Origin: Phoronis australis
Lineage: Eukaryota; Animalia; Phoronida
Assembly: GCA_002633005.1 (NCBI GenBank)
Contig: NMRA01000701.1
Span: 76,053-140,052, forward strand
DNA length: 64,000 nt
Reading direction: 5' to 3'
The position numbers and the translations under genes are program-made. Positions 1 to 14,316 of the stretch are shown piece after piece (position 1 is the first letter of the stretch; the number at the start of each line of letters is the position of its first letter). A model generated the notes under the pieces. It did not search any database, had not been told where the DNA came from, and saw only the letters and a program-made list of their open reading frames with translations.

Positions 1-556
1 ACAAGCAAAATGGCCGCCATTTGGAGTGATTGGGTGAGCGTGGCTGAAATGTTGAATCAAGGGAGACAATTACCTGTTTCCGTTCCATGAGCGAAGATGT
101 ACCGTATCGCAGGCGAATGCCTCGTGAATGTCTTGTATTTAAAAAAACGTTCCCCGATGATACAGATTCCCAATGAATAGTTGACATCCGGTTCCGTATT
201 TGCCATCATCCGTTTAAAAAACATTTCCATTATTTTAAGATATTTGTCTGTTATCTGGAGCCAAAACCTAAGCTGTTGGGCGAACGTCAGGCTTAGGGTT
301 TTGTTTTATAATCAAATCGCGTTTTCGTTGTAACTGGGAATATAAACACTGGGTTTATACGATAGTATAAGCACTTGCGTTTATCATCTTATTCAATCAC
401 CAGCGAGGGAGAATCGCACACGAGATCAGGATAAATACGAAAGCTCGTGTGGAATGTTCCTGATAAAGGTTTTTCACTAACCTATTCTTTGGAAAGTTTT
501 ACTAGGATACACCAATTCTACAATATGACCCTCTGTCACTTACGTTTTTATTATTT

Positions 557-737
557 ATAAATCTTGAGACAATGTTGACGCCAATGTGGTAAATGTATTT
601 GTAGAGATTGTTACTAAGTTGCTCTGTATACAGGCTGATGGCTTATTGTTCATAAATCTTGAGACAATGTTGACGCCAATGTGGTAAATGTATTTGTAGA
701 GATTGTTACTAAGTTGCTCTGTATACAGGCTGATGGC
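557..737. repeat. Direct tandem duplication, two identical 86-bp copies (period 95 bp)
   Basis: ATAAATCTTGAGACAATG...CAGGCTGATGGC occurs at 557-642 and again at 652-737, separated by TTATTGTTC. Confidence 0.95.
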
Positions 738-1880
738 CTTTCGACTATACGCACTTGTTGTCTTTGTTAAATATCAGTGAACAGATTTACACCCACTGTT
801 ACAGTTTCACTAATTATATAATCATTGTATTTATTTTGTATCTGTAGTATTTTTCTTTGTCAATATACATGATCTTTTATCTCTTCTCCACATGTTTTAA
901 TTGTTTCACCATAAACTAAATTCGAGAGCGCTTCAAAGTCATCAATTCTAGCAGGATGCCATTACCAGCAAGGCTCAAGTGGCAAATGAACGACCTTTGG
1001 CTATTTTTCGACAATAATTGCACAATGACTGCTTAACTGAGAAAAAATTGTGGCATATGATTACAAACAGCGGTCCTCTGTCAACAGAATTTCATTAGTT
1101 TTTATGCTTTGCGACATACCCGAAAATAAACAGGTATTCCATCCTTACTCAGACCAAAGTGAGGTATGATTTTGGTCTTGTAAACTGGCTGACAGTACGT
1201 CATTGCTCGAGACCACATGCTCGCCATGACAAGCCAACCTGTACAGCTTGTAATCTCAACCAGTAAGGAACTGTTACTTCCTTCCAAGCTCTGAAATCAC
1301 ACTTTTTTCACTTAAACGGTACGTGGGCTAACTCAACTTTGTTTTCTGTCATAGAAGGCGTGTTCAAACCTGTTTAAGTTCTAACAAGTATCACACAGCA
1401 CCTTTACAGTAGGGGGCCGAGGGAGCTGTGCGGAGGCCCGTTTTATTTGTTAGGGTCACATCGCATTCACATGAAAAGTAACTTACGAGACTGGGTAACT
1501 CGACCGGTTCACATACCACGAAATCCGCCGCAATCTTCAAAGACACCACGCAGTTGTAGGCAATTAGATTGCATCTGGCTGCTGATATTATCGCTCTCAA
1601 GTCTAGATAATTCCCCCCCCCACTGGGGTGGAGACAATAGTATGTCTTTAATTTTCGTTTTAAAAGATTTTTAAATAGTCCGTAGAAGGTACGCGTGGTC
1701 ATGTCTTCGTCGCTTGTTGGAATTTGACCGCTAAAATTTTAATGGTGACACCTGAGAGGACTTCACAGAAGTTAACAAGTTACTAATCAGGGAGCTCTGC
1801 ACCAGAAAGTCAAGTACATACAACGCAGAACGGAAGGATGGTCAACTACAGCTAGTGTGTGTGGTTACTGGATGTGGAAT

Positions 1881-2046
1881 CATTGGCGGATCCAGGGGGG
1901 GGGGGGTCAAGGGGGTCCAGGCCCCCCTTTTCCCTTGATTTTAGTGATATCAAATCTAGACATTTCAAATTGTTTACTTAGACCTTCCTTGTTAAAAAGT
2001 GTTCGATTTGACCCTCCCCCTTTAAAAAATCATGGATCCGCCCTTG
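1881..2046. mobile_element. MITE with CA..TG TIRs and 5-bp TSD (hAT5-like, non-autonomous)
   Basis: TIRs CATTGGCGGATCCA / TGGATCCGCCCTTG; flanked by direct repeat GGAAT (1876-1880 and 2047-2051); G/C runs inside. Confidence 0.85.
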
Positions 2047-3636
2047 GGAATGATAAGATAATATTTTCGTTCCAGAAAATCGCCCCTTGGCAAAGAGCTT
2101 GTCAAAAACATGTCAAACGTGGAGTCATGCCTTCTTCCTGTTGTGTGTATTCAGCCAATACTTTATGGTATTCAGATTTTATTCTTAAATGTTGTTTTCA
2201 ATAACACAGACCAAACACAATGTAATTGTGGTTACGCTGTTCATTGACAAGTTAAAGGTACTCTAGCTTTCATTTCCTTTAAAATCAGCACGAAATGAAG
2301 TTTATCGGAAACTAGCATTATTAAACGCGTCCTCAAACGATGCTCTTTGAACTTCAATCCCTTTTAAATGAACAGAGCATGATATACACATTTTCGTAAT
2401 TGTAGGCTAAAGTTTAGTGATTAAATCAAAAGCTTCTTGATTATTTTTATAGACTTCTGAAAAGACTGCGAAAAATACTCTGACCAATGCGTGTCAGCAC
2501 ATTTTTATTGTCTGTCTTTTCGTGATTACATTTAAGACCGACAACTTCAACAAAACTAAACCGTTTTACCGGAACTTCTTGTTTATCAGCCAAGGATTTC
2601 TTAATCTGATACCCGCGGTAGATGTAGAATCTGCATCTACCGCTGATACCGAGTTTGTGAGGTGGTAATGTTTACAACGCCCTCTATTGCTCAACATATG
2701 TGGCAATTCGGGCCATAGTTCGTTTTTACACAAAATGTGAGAGTTTTTCTAAATAAAGAATTTGGAATACCATTTGGTCACGGTAGGAGAAAATTATCCA
2801 GGGAAGATACTCTCGGAATGTTCTCATACAGTAAAAGATCCACTGACTGATATCACTATTTCCAACGCAATGACATGGTTTAAGTGTAAAAAACGTACCA
2901 GCCACTTGCACTTCATAAAAAGTCTACGAATTAAGACATTCCCTTGTTCAGAACGCTTTCGAACTGTTCATGATAGCCTCGCTCCAGCCTCCTGCGGCGC
3001 AGACAGACACTTTCCTGATTGTAACGATTTCCTTTTACGGAAAGACACGTGAGTTACCACTTGGATTGTTAGACTATAAATGTACTGCTGTTACCAAACG
3101 CACATAAATATTGGCTTCGTTGCTACATGTAAGTTACTCGACGTTATTTCTATGATCTGTCATGGGCCATAATACATCGGATCCGTCTAGCTCAAGTCTA
3201 CTGATCATGCCTGTCCAAATACATCAAGATCGGTCCGCCGAGACAAGGAGTGCAATTGACAATAACCAGAAAAGATATCCTAGAACATTTTCGCCTGATA
3301 CGTAAAAGGCTGAACAATGCCCTCGGAAGAGGTCTGGGTCATTTCCCAGGCCCGTTGAAAGGTAAACAATACTGAAAGAGGAACACAATCTACTTGACTT
3401 CTTCAAAATTTTGCCTTTATGGTTCAAAATTCTTCCCTATTGCTCATACTTCCGACCCTGTCTACCCGGTCCTCGTCAGTTTTGCACCTCCAGTCATAGC
3501 CTACAAACCCCAAGGATATGTAGCCAAAGAAACGTGAGCACCTGTATTTCAACAAAATTTCACGAAGCAGTGTCACGTTTAGACCGGAAAACGTTTCTTG
3601 GGATACGCGCTTAGGGTATGATGATTTCACATTTAA

Positions 3637-4684
3637 AGGCGAAGGCAACCTTTTTTCATGTCACTTTTGGCAAAAATAAGGTTCGTTGATTATCCCAGAC
3701 ACATTTTCACTTAATTACAGCTTTTCGTAATTTGATTAATTTCTCGTCCTCTACTCCGGAAGTGACGTTTTGGGAGGCAGTGGAGGGTTACCGAGTTTGT
3801 GGCAAGCATTTTCTGCCGTCAGATTACGACAGAGATATGTACGCTGAATTTATGAAGGTCCCTTCAAAACAACGCATGAAGAAGGGTACCATACCTCCGT
3901 TGATTCCCGGCAGTGCCCCGTCGCCAACCCCGAGAGGTGCGTTTTTGAAGCGAGAAGCCTCGCGAGCTGTGGCCACTATATGCAGTGACAGGAGGCACTT
4001 CATCTACTGTCACCCGTGCCTCCGAACGTACCCCCATTGCGTGCAATGACGGGAACTAGCAGTGATTCCCCCTGTGCTGTTGTCTCTAGCCCAGAGCCTG
4101 TAAGCAGCCCTGCAGCGATGTTGAGTAGTGGGAGTGAATGCAGGCCAGTTCGACACCCAGTGAAGAGGACAGTTCGTCATCCAATGAACAGATCGGTGAG
4201 CCTAAGTTTGATAAGTTTATTGTGGACTTGTATTGGAGCTATTTAGAAGGTGCCACGTGTGTGACGAAGGAGTCGCACGGAGGTATGTAAGCAGTTTGGG
4301 TGCTCAAGTCACCATCCACTGGGAGTGTGTCGAGGGACACTCGGGCAAGTGGAACAGTTCTCCTCTGTACCTGAGACGATAATGAGTACTTCTCGGTAGG
4401 CAGCAACAGCGTGGCATGTTGACTGACTCGTAAACAAAAGCAAACGACAACCGAACTTATCACAACCGAGGTAGAACAATAACTGACTCGACTGCTCTCA
4501 CAGACAGACTGTATGAAAAGAAATTGGCGCGAAATTCTTGCCTCCCAAAACGTCGTAATTTCCGGAGTAGACGACTAGTAATTAATTAAATTACGAAAAG
4601 CTGTAAATAAGTGAAAAATATGTCTGGGATAATCAACGAACCCTATTTTTTGATAAAATGACATGAAAAAGGTTGCCTTCGCCT
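3637..4684 (+). mobile_element. Kolobok-like DNA transposon deletion derivative with about 145-bp TIRs, TTAA TSD and an internal THAP fragment
   Basis: TTAA|AGGCGAAGGCAACC...GGTTGCCTTCGCCT|TTAA; long inverted repeats at about 3637-3779 and 4538-4684; internal translation YRVCGKHFLPSDY...KKGTIPPL resembles the C-terminal half of a THAP zinc finger. TTAA TSD, RR..YY termini and THAP are established Kolobok traits. Confidence 0.85.
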
Positions 4685-4953
4685 TTAAAGTACCAAAAAG
4701 ATGAACCATTCCCTTCCGGGTCGCAAATTTAGCGAAAGAAACTCCGGCTGCGGGTTGCGAACTTTGGAAAAACGCCAGGCCGGGGAAAAATGGCATCATC
4801 CGATCGGAATTGAGCAAACTGAACATCGTCTCCGAAACTCCGGTAGTGTCGTCTATTTCTGAGTGATAATGAGGCTTAAACTGGTCACAATTTTGGGAAA
4901 GCTTATTTGGGTCACATTTGAAAGTGCACTTTCAAGGCGCGTGGTTTCGGTTC

Positions 4954-5048
4954 CTCCCTTGTTGAAGAAACACGAATACCCGAGTTTCTGGTGACTGTTT
5001 CAAACTCCCTTGTCGAAACACGGGTACATGTTACTCAGTTTCTGGTGA
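4954..5048. repeat. Short imperfect tandem duplication (about 41-44 bp x2)
   Basis: CTCCCTTGT..GAAACACG..AGTTTCTGGTGA twice; the second copy carries extra ACATGT-like bases at a TA. Confidence 0.7.
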
Positions 5049-5959
5049 TTGCCTGTCTGGAAGGCAAATTATATTGAATTGACAGAATTTAAACAAAACT
5101 CGCCGAAACGTCAATTCTTAGAGGGTCATTTTAGATTGGCAAAAATCATCTAATGCACTTTGCTGTTTGGGTCGAATGGTGGAATTTGCCCGAAAATTCA
5201 GCTTCTGTCTGTTTGCATTACAAATTTCACAGCACATGATTAGCTCCTAATTGTCAAAAATCGTCTATAAACCAGTCAACTTTTGTATATACGCAAACAA
5301 GTAAAATCCGAAACCAATGAACTCTTACAGATTACGGTATTGAGAAAACTAAAAATACTAGGCCGTCGCAATTGAGTTTACTGTACTGGTAAAGTGAATA
5401 GAAAATGCAAGTTGTGATAAACAACAAAATAGCTCCAAATCGCATTATATGCTCGGCTTAAGAACTGAAAACTATAACGTGTTCATACATTTTGATTAAT
5501 ACGTCACGTGCTATATGCACATGATGGGCCCGAAGCGAGTGAAGCAAGGAATGTAGAGTTTAGAAACGTAAGTTTGTGAAGCATTTTAAGGTTAAATTTA
5601 TGCTTCACTGAGGGACCCGTTTTCTATCATTTGAATGCCGATGATGTTTTTGTGGAATGAGTATTTGAAACGTCTGTAAATACGTATGAAGTAACACGTG
5701 CATTTAGCAGAATATTTATAATCAACATCTGTTTGTGGCCTCTCATACATTATTCATTATAAGTCACATTTGGAGGCCAAAATTTTAAATTTGAAATTTC
5801 AAACCAAGGTAATAGATGATTTAAATTTTATTGCATCATTATTTATAGTTAGAAAAAAGCAAGCTGTCTTATCGTATTTCGTCTTGTAAAGATCATTCAT
5901 CAGTTCAACTGATATAAACGATGTTGTGAACGGTCAAAAATCAACTTTAAAATTCTGGG

Positions 5960-8110
5960 TCCTAATCATGTTTCGTGCGGCTCTGATTGTACATGTAGTT
6001 ACAGCTTAGGTATTGCTCAAAGGTAGTTCCTGCACTGAACATCATGTAAGTTTGTATCATTAGTTTTTTACTATGACCCCATTTCGCACCGAGTATGGAT
6101 CGTTGCGGGGACCCCATGTTCATGGGGCTCCCGGGCAAGCGTCTAGTGGGCCCTGTAGTAAAGACTACCGTGGCCTCGTGTTGCCGACTTCTTGTAGTGG
6201 CTGAAGAGGTGCCATACAGTATCACAACCTGTGAAAGCAAGGGACCCTGGCTAATAAGGCCGAATTTCATCAAATGTTGTGGATGGGAAATGCTTTGGTT
6301 TCGTTGCTATACCAGCCATAAGTCATAACGCAAACGGTTTAACTTGTTGAAATGTGTTACAGATAACACCAGTCTCTGAATCACGAGCTAAGGTTAGAGG
6401 ACTACGGGTTGTGCATTGTTGTGAATACAATAAAGTACAATTCCGTATCTGCGTCTTCGTGATTACATTCCAGCAGAGTATACGTGTAGGGGTGGTGTTG
6501 GGTCCGCAACGTAGACAGCTGTTTCGGGATCAAAGCCTCCGCCGACCAAAACGCTCTTATCAGAAGGAGATTCAACAATCAAGGCTGTATACAAAAATTA
6601 TAACTAGCACAAGTCCCTCTTGATGTTTGCAGACGTTAGGAAACCAGTCTTGTTCTGCGGCAGGGGTACGTCTCTATTTTCAACCAGTCTTCATATTGGC
6701 ATGGAATACTTGGTAGGTTTTGCTCTCAAGTAGTACTAGTTTTGATTGTGAGGTCCCTGTATCGACCAAGTGTCGTATCATAAGTTTTGCCTTCCTCCAG
6801 AATGTGTCTCACGAACATAATAGTTGAGAAGGTCCCGACATCAGTTGGCTAGTGCAGTGACATCACAGTGACTCGTCCATCAATGGTCAGGCATGACGGT
6901 TCAATAATGATTGTTTCTGGGTAGAGAGGTCAGTTGACAGTTTGGTTAACACATCGAAGAGAATATGTTTAAGACCGGTTGTCTACAGTTTGCCAGAGAA
7001 GATGCAAACTAGCCATTTCACCAACCCGTAGCTGAGGACCGTTGTTGAGGTGTGACTTGTCAACCAACTCAAGATGCTGTGACCAGCTCCCACGTGTAAA
7101 GATTCTGTTCGTTTTCAAAGTTTTCATATTTTAGCAGGTATAAGGTTCCCAGTCATACCCTTGCTAAATCTGACAAGAAGTCTTCTTGACTACGACCAAT
7201 AGGTGCCAACTACGAGAGGGTAGCTGGAAAAGCTAGATGGCGTTGGGTCAGACCAACCTTGCCGATCCACCAACAGAGAAAGTTCAAGAAAAAGATCGAA
7301 ACCCACAGTAAAGGTGGCATCCCGCTGAAGATGGGATCCAGAAGGCGTCCAGTGAACTGGCGTTCGTTGAAGTCTCCCCTAATGCAAACGGCATACAAAG
7401 GTGCCAACATGACAGATTTTGTTTTTGTAACGAATGCCCTTCACCAGGTAATGCCACCAAAATGCCAAAACAGGTTGTGAAAACTTCAGTGATACTGTTA
7501 GTTCGAGAAGAAATCTGCTATTCACATATCCAACACATTACCAACACATCACTCATTTGAGCATCTTTGTCCTCTTGTTACCTTTAGAGCTGTGGAATCA
7601 GTAACTTCCAAAATCTTCCAGCCTCATTAATTTAATTTGTGGTATCTGACATCTTTCAACTAAAATTTGCCATATTTCATCTCTTTGCTGTGTTTGGACC
7701 AATAGACTACTCTAAATCCGCAGTTCCACTAATCCTGTGTCTTCCGAGATTACCCATCGAGATATGCAAGACGGTATCTCTTGCCTTTAGCAAAAGGCCA
7801 GCGATACCCTGCGTTAATTGGTGAGATAGCGGTGGAGTTTCAGACACATTGCCTACATCAGATATGATTCCATTTGTCTTTAATGACTGTGTCTTCAATG
7901 AAAGAACAAAGATCACCATTGATACCCGTAATTACCGATTAGAAGTGCAGGTTCTAACTGTCCCGTTAATTCAAATCAGTAAGATCTCACCCGCTCGTCG
8001 GCCAACAGGATCGCTCTTTTATGCCTTCTGTTGATTATAATCTCATTAAATGTATCCTGTGGTAATACTTGAATTTGATATGCTCTCACTCCTGCTACAT
8101 AGTAACACCA
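5960..8110 (-). mobile_element. Highly decayed Gypsy-like LTR retrotransposon gag-pol relic
   Basis: Motif remnants in Gypsy order on the minus strand across frameshifts: CCHC knuckle (CY.C...HIK, about 8070-8110), protease (ING..ALL..TGSMV, about 7910-7970), RT (AFVT..MPFAL, about 7380-7440), LT...LAFP (about 7225-7250), integrase (LVE, DW..YN, SP..FGR, about 6540-6720) and a GP motif near 6150. Confidence 0.6.
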
Positions 8111-8120
8111 CAACCTGTGT

Positions 8121-8278
8121 CGAGTTCAGTAACGCTAGTGCCTCACTAGAAAAGCAAGATCTCATGATATTCCGCGAGATACAACCGTGTATTTTCAATG
8201 ACAGCACGTGATTTTCGCTACAGTTTTCTCGCCGCGAGACAGATATTAAAGTGTACTCTACATTGGATATGAACTCGT
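8121..8278 (-). mobile_element. Copy of a small TIR MITE family (TTCAGTAACGCTAGGACCT family)
   Basis: GTTCAGTAACGCTAG...AAAGCAAGA...CCGTGTATTTTCAATGA.AGCACGTGA matches the copies at 14164, 36206 and 63796; CGAGTTCA/TGAACTCG inverted ends. Confidence 0.65.
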
Positions 8279-11200
8279 ACGAACAGTGTAAGTCATAATA
8301 AGAAGCGTTGCTTTCGTTTCCTTACCTTTCTTATATAAAAACAAGCGTGAACACGTTCGACAAGTGTATTGTATAACGCTCCCGAACACAAAACTGCGGA
8401 ATCTCCTACTGACATTCCGCTGCGTATTTCCCGCCTGTTAAGTACATATTATACCACGTGACATACACCAACACAAGAAAACGGTGTGCATTTACGAACA
8501 CAGGATGACAATGATAACTTTCTTACCTCCCGCTCATCAAAATAATTTTCAAAATCAAATTATTGGTTAAGAGGTGGTTTCTCTAACTAACCAAACTGAA
8601 AGTTAGCTTTGAGAGCGAGTCTACATTTATAACTGTCTAGTAATTATTCCTATCCTAATCGGGTGCCATTTCTTTGTCTGATCACACAACTAAACCTACG
8701 AAGTGTTAGAAACATTACATTTTGCAACAGACCGTACCATTTAAACATAATTTCGTATACACAGTCAGTTTATGAACGCCTGGGTACTTAAATAATAACT
8801 TAATGGATGGCGTTTATTATGCCGCGCATTTGCGCATTAGAACTACCCGTTCTATCATTTTCGTCTAATAAATCGTTGTTACAGCACGCAGAATTCGCTG
8901 GAACTCTTTATTGTCAATTGTACTGCATTGTCCAATTTTCTGACAGATGCCGCAATGCGTCGATGAATTCCCATCAAATGATGTCATTTAGTGTCAGATG
9001 CCCACGGAAAGTAGTGTAAAAGCACTTTCGACCTTGTCATTCATGTCTTGAGATTCGGATCCTCAGTGTTTTAGCCAATGTTTCTAATAAATGACCTGAA
9101 AAATATCAAAATACTATATGAATTATCAGCATTCAGATATTACCAAGAAAGGAAACTGTTTTAGAGCATTTTAACGTTTCTTTCACATGTGATTTAAAAA
9201 CGTACCGATCAAGTTGTTGTCATGACAAGCATTCAGTTATAATTTGAAGTCTCTACATACAAAACGATGCCAGTCTGATCTCTCAATATCCCATTTTATC
9301 GGCGCTGAGGTGTTTTGAATACGACATATTTTACCCTAACAAAAGACTTCTCTCCCAGACGTTTCACATAGCATTTTGTTCTACATGTAATTTCTACCGT
9401 TAGATGACTCTAACGTAAGCGAATACGCAAGTCATCGGTTTTGATTTGAGCATGCGCAAATCGTGCGCACTGGCGCGATTGAGAAGTAAGTTGAGTAAAC
9501 AAGCCGATATTTAGATTGCCATTTATGGAGACCCGGAAAGAAATCCACATTTCTGTTATTAAGCTAGTAAATGGTGAAAGCAACGCTTGACCTATGCTGC
9601 CATAACGTGAATATTGTGGGGTTTTTGAACACAGAATCTTCCAGATTATTCCTCGGCTTCGCTGGATTGCCATTATGCCGTGAGCTCCAAAATTGAGCAT
9701 ACGACATTTTCAGGAAAAAAGAGCTTGGGACAACCCTGAATATGCAAGATATGACATAATTGCAGGCTCTATTGGCGATCTTTCGATTAACATTGATTTT
9801 ATCACCCCTTATTCTCCTGTCTACTTACATGGGAAATGCACATGAACTGGTAATTGTTTACTATACGTAATTAAATATTCGAGATGGCGGACGCAATGGT
9901 CTTGCGTATTGCGACCTTATCAATTACAATTCTCTGATTGGTCATTTCTTCATCGAAGGAAACCCCATTGTAAACTTTATTCAGTGCAGTTGCACCAAGT
10001 ACTGGAGACAGAAAAGTAACTATTTATCAAAAAGCACTCATTCAGAAGTCGTGGCCGTAACTTCACTTAACCATCTGCTTGGTTGAAACATTATCAAGAT
10101 AGATTGATCCGGGAAATTTAGCAACAGCAAGTTAATTTCACGATGAGGAATCCCGGATGTGTGGCCCAGCAAACTAATAAGGGCCACAGCTAAGTCTAAC
10201 ACTATTATTGGCCAAAAGGATGGTTGAAAGTTAACGTATGTACATGTAAATTACTAGCGTCCCTACTTTTAAAGGCGTTAGATATTAACCGTGTAAAACA
10301 ATTCTTTAGGTCCTAGTTACTTTGTGCGCTCATTTTAATTATTTGTGCGCGTATTTTAAGCAATAACCGCCATAAATTAATTCTTACCGGTGTTAATTAC
10401 TTTTAACCGCGCGAAATAATTATTTACGTGAGCAAGTAAGTGTTGAAAGTCGTTAATTTACGGTATGAACTTGTAGTGACGACGTTAAAAGTTAATTTGC
10501 ACCATTAGAAGTTAAATTACGCCCTTAATATATAACATATGCAGAACAACATTGTCACCCACGCACGAGCGTGGGGCGAAAATGGTGTCAGTCGTTGGCT
10601 GTACCTCCGCCAACTGAAATAAACCCTTTTATATGTATGAATATTCTTTGAAGATGTGATTTTTTGTCACGGTGACTGACGGCCCGGGACGTGAAACCGT
10701 CGGTGGGCTGAAGTCGCCAGACAATAATAGATTGGAGTCGTCAAGCCTGTAGGTGCTAGTCTACTGAGACCACCTTCTCCGAATCGCGCTCACGGTCTAC
10801 ATTGTGACTTTAATTGACTTCAGCGCCATCTATACATCAATGGTCATAGTACTCGAGAGCACCTGGATTTTCCGATAACGCGTTGAAGTCAACATTTCAA
10901 ACTATAAGTACGCCTTGAATGTGTGTTTTTAAAAAAAAATGGTCACATTCTATGAACAAAGGACCGGACCATTCTTCCTGATAACATCAATTATTTCCTT
11001 CTCAGTTAAGCAATATGTCTGCAGTTACTTTCGGAAAATAATAAAAGCACCGTTGATTAACCACGTGAGCCAGGGTAGAACTTCATAGACACAAGGAACT
11101 CCTAACGAAGCTAATTCGATCACACGTGCTTCGTTGGCAATACACTGTGATGTCTCGTGAAGTCTCGCGAGTTCTTACGTTTTTGCAAACACTAGATCTA

Positions 11201-13419
11201 AGTCTGGTAACTCACGCCTGGTAGTCGGTTTGCTGTCACACGTCAAGTCAGCGAAAATTAGACTTAAGCATGTATATGGCCGCCGTGGACACATCAAATT
11301 CATCAGTTTAAAAGAAAAAAAAAAACAGTCAATATTGAGAGCTTTTCAGTTTTTCAATAATCTCGGTTTCTTTAAGTACAACCTATTTAAGTTCAACACA
11401 TACTGCAGCAACGAAACTAATGAGTACGTCAAACGATTAATATTTACACGTGCTGTGTTTGCATTTCAATGAACAAACACAGGTAATATTGATTGCCAAT
11501 ATTCGTTCGGCTTACCAAAAATAGCACCTAATGAATTTTTTCCTTAACGATATCTCAAGAATACACATTTAGAAATTGTTTAAATCGGATTTCCCGACCA
11601 ACGGCAGTAATTTTGAGAACGGTCGACAAATCGAGTGCAGGTATTTTTTTGAGTGTGAACTGAAGTATTAACAGCTGGGTCACGTCCAAGGGGCGTTCGA
11701 CACAGTATTCATTATCGGGTTTTCATTTGTCGTCATCTGCTTTATTAAGGTCGATACCCCTGACGTCCATGATGACGCCAGGCTCTTCCACACCGGAAAT
11801 TGTAATTTGTTATCAGCCGTTACTATCACTGGGGCAGTTTGTATGAAAATGGACGTCCATCGTTTTCCTTCCTTCTATTCAGCTGTTGGCTTCATGTTTA
11901 ATTGTAGACAAACTACTTTCCTATCGATCAGAACGGTCTTTTTAATTTGAAGTAAAATGTTTTTTTTACAGATGACGATTAATGGTAGAACTTTCTCACT
12001 GCGCCACCTACTGGCATGACACCACTTTGACAAACAAATAATGACTATCCAGCGGCATTTTTACATGCAAATAATGCCAGGACTTTAATTAAGATAGGTC
12101 AAGCTGATTTATCACACAAAAAGAATTGATCACGCAACAGGAATTGAACATTTTTGTAACTTACACCCAACTTTGCAGTGTGCTCCCCGCCGTGATGTCA
12201 CACCCAGCAGAAATACAACCAGTAATTCAGAAAGTGAACACTGCGAACTCAAACGCTTTCGCACCACTTGATTTTGTTTGAAGGAATAATCATACTTATG
12301 GTAAAACTCGTAGACGCGCCTATTTAAATTAAAATGGCATGGTGCCGTTGGCACTGCAGGTGTACGTTCATTTTCAGTTGAACTTCCTGTATTTATATGA
12401 GCGACGTTGTCAATCAGCAGGACCGCAATTTCAACGACAAGCGTCCATATCAATCATGTTCATAACGTTAATAAATGAACTGTCAATCATCTGTCGACAC
12501 CAGTGATGTATCAAAACACGCTCGCTGACGAATTGCTAGGACCAACGAGAAGTGAAGCTAGAAATTTTCAATATTGGTGTCATGAAATTTTCGGCGGAAC
12601 AACATCTGATATACGCGCTTTAAGCCAATATCAACAGTGAAATAGTATCCAAACTATTTAGCTTCGACCACCATCAAATCATGCAAAACTCTTGTAAAGC
12701 AAACTCATCCTGCTTATTATCTGTTTAATGGCCGTCTGGACACTGGTTGTTTAAAACATATGCAAGCGCAGATATGTTAGTTAATCTCAAGATAAGTTTA
12801 AATTATTAACCGACAGCGATTAAAATGCCTGAAGATAAGCTAATGTGCATGGAATAAGCTAAAGTAACCTTTTTAACGTCCCTAAAGCTGACCATTGGAT
12901 AGTTAAAGAGGTCGGTAGCAGAAAATCTAGGTGTAGATTATCTGAGCTCGTTTGTGTGGACGTGAAAATGCTTTTTGGAAAAATGTCAAATACTCATGTG
13001 GTGAAATTGCGTCGACATGACGCGGGTAAAGACGTATATTTCAATGCCATACTTTAAAAACGCTCACGTTGAAGCACTCGTATCCATTTGGCGCTTTTTG
13101 AAAACCTCCCTGGCTTCATAGGAAAAGGGAGAAGATATCTTTAAGAACAGTCGCGTGACTGCTAGCTCAAAACACCTTGACAGTATTCTTATACCAACAC
13201 TGACGTTTGTTTTTTACACGTAATTATAGCAGTTGATACCGTGAAAAATACCACACATCACACATGTTTGTTTCCGTGAGTGATTCTCGTATTAATGAAG
13301 TCTTCACTGACTTTCACCAATATGTAACTGCCTGTAGTGGACGACGGGGACACCACGGTGCCTTGATATTTACCTACGATGTGGTATCTAGTACTTGTGC
13401 TCGTTAATTCTCTCTTACA

Positions 13420-13990
13420 CGTTCTACTGTATGCAATGCTAGAGCCTTGGTCATGTTTACTTCACATGAGTGTCAATGAGCAAAGAACATACAGTACGAT
13501 AGTTGATTCAAATAGCATTCCTCAATAAGCAACTGACGGTATTTCCCAAGGATTAACCCCTGTCAAGGCCGTATTGGTAGGGAGAGTTGATGAAACATGA
13601 AATGTATTAATTGACAAACAAGGATTTGATTTAAAATTGGGGAAAACCTCACAAAATTATGTAACAGTTTAAAAATCCCAACTGCTTTCATATTTTACCA
13701 GTGAGATGACTTAAATTGTGTTTAGAATTAAATTTAGACCAACGGCATGATTTTCGGCTTCTCTTAATGAGATGTAGTCTAGTACCTATAGGAGAGACTG
13801 AACAAATCCGACCTATTCTTGCTCATGATAGGCTATAGCTGTGACAACTGGTAACTTAGCAACGAAGGCTGACCCTCTCAACAAAGGAAGATATTGGTTC
13901 CCTAATCACAACGACTGTCTTTTACTTATAAATTCATGTTGAAGTCTGCTGGGTACCGGCAACACTTTTAAAATCTCACATCCGTATACT
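13420..13990 (-). mobile_element. Possible decayed CR1/L2-type LINE reverse-transcriptase fragment
   Basis: Minus-strand remnants in the right order: PIS (YRPISL-like, about 13890), YG..QGLILG (PQGSILGP-like, about 13545-13575), FA.DT (YADDT-like, about 13470-13485). Very degenerate. Confidence 0.35.
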
Positions 13991-14163
13991 GCGCTCGTGT
14001 TAGTCCGTACTAGTTGCTCAGCACTGATGCGACACCTATCAGACCAGTCTGCTCACGTGATTTTCCAAATTAGGAAGTCAATGCTATCAGGAATATGTTG
14101 TCTGTATTCTCGGCTTGGACTATTCCGACTGCACGCTGGGGTCTACAGCAAGACTTCCAAGTA

Positions 14164-14316
14164 GGCGTGCATTCAGTAGCGCTAGGGCCTACGCTAGGAC
14201 CTAGCTAAAATCTAGCCAGAATCACGTGTTCTCATTGAAAATACACGGCAATATCTCACGTAATCTCGCGAAGTCTTGCCTTTTAGCGAGGTCATAGCGT
14301 TACTGAACGGTAGGCG
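14164..14316 (+). mobile_element. Small TIR MITE (about 150 bp), multi-copy family
   Basis: Ends ..TTCAGTAGCGCTAGG.. / ..AGGTCATAGCGTTACTGAA..; highly similar in reverse orientation to 36206-36352. Confidence 0.8.

Noticed and set aside
2252-2740. TTAA|AGG starts resembling Kolobok ends (also near 12903, 44889 and 63185)
   Set aside because: Matching opposite termini could not be found by eye.
10260-10530. Degenerate AT-rich palindromic stretch
   Set aside because: Probably an old MITE, but ends and TSD cannot be defined.
10560-10800. Possible tRNA-derived SINE (reverse B-box-like GGTTTCACGTCCCGG)
   Set aside because: No convincing A-box, cloverleaf or second copy in the window.
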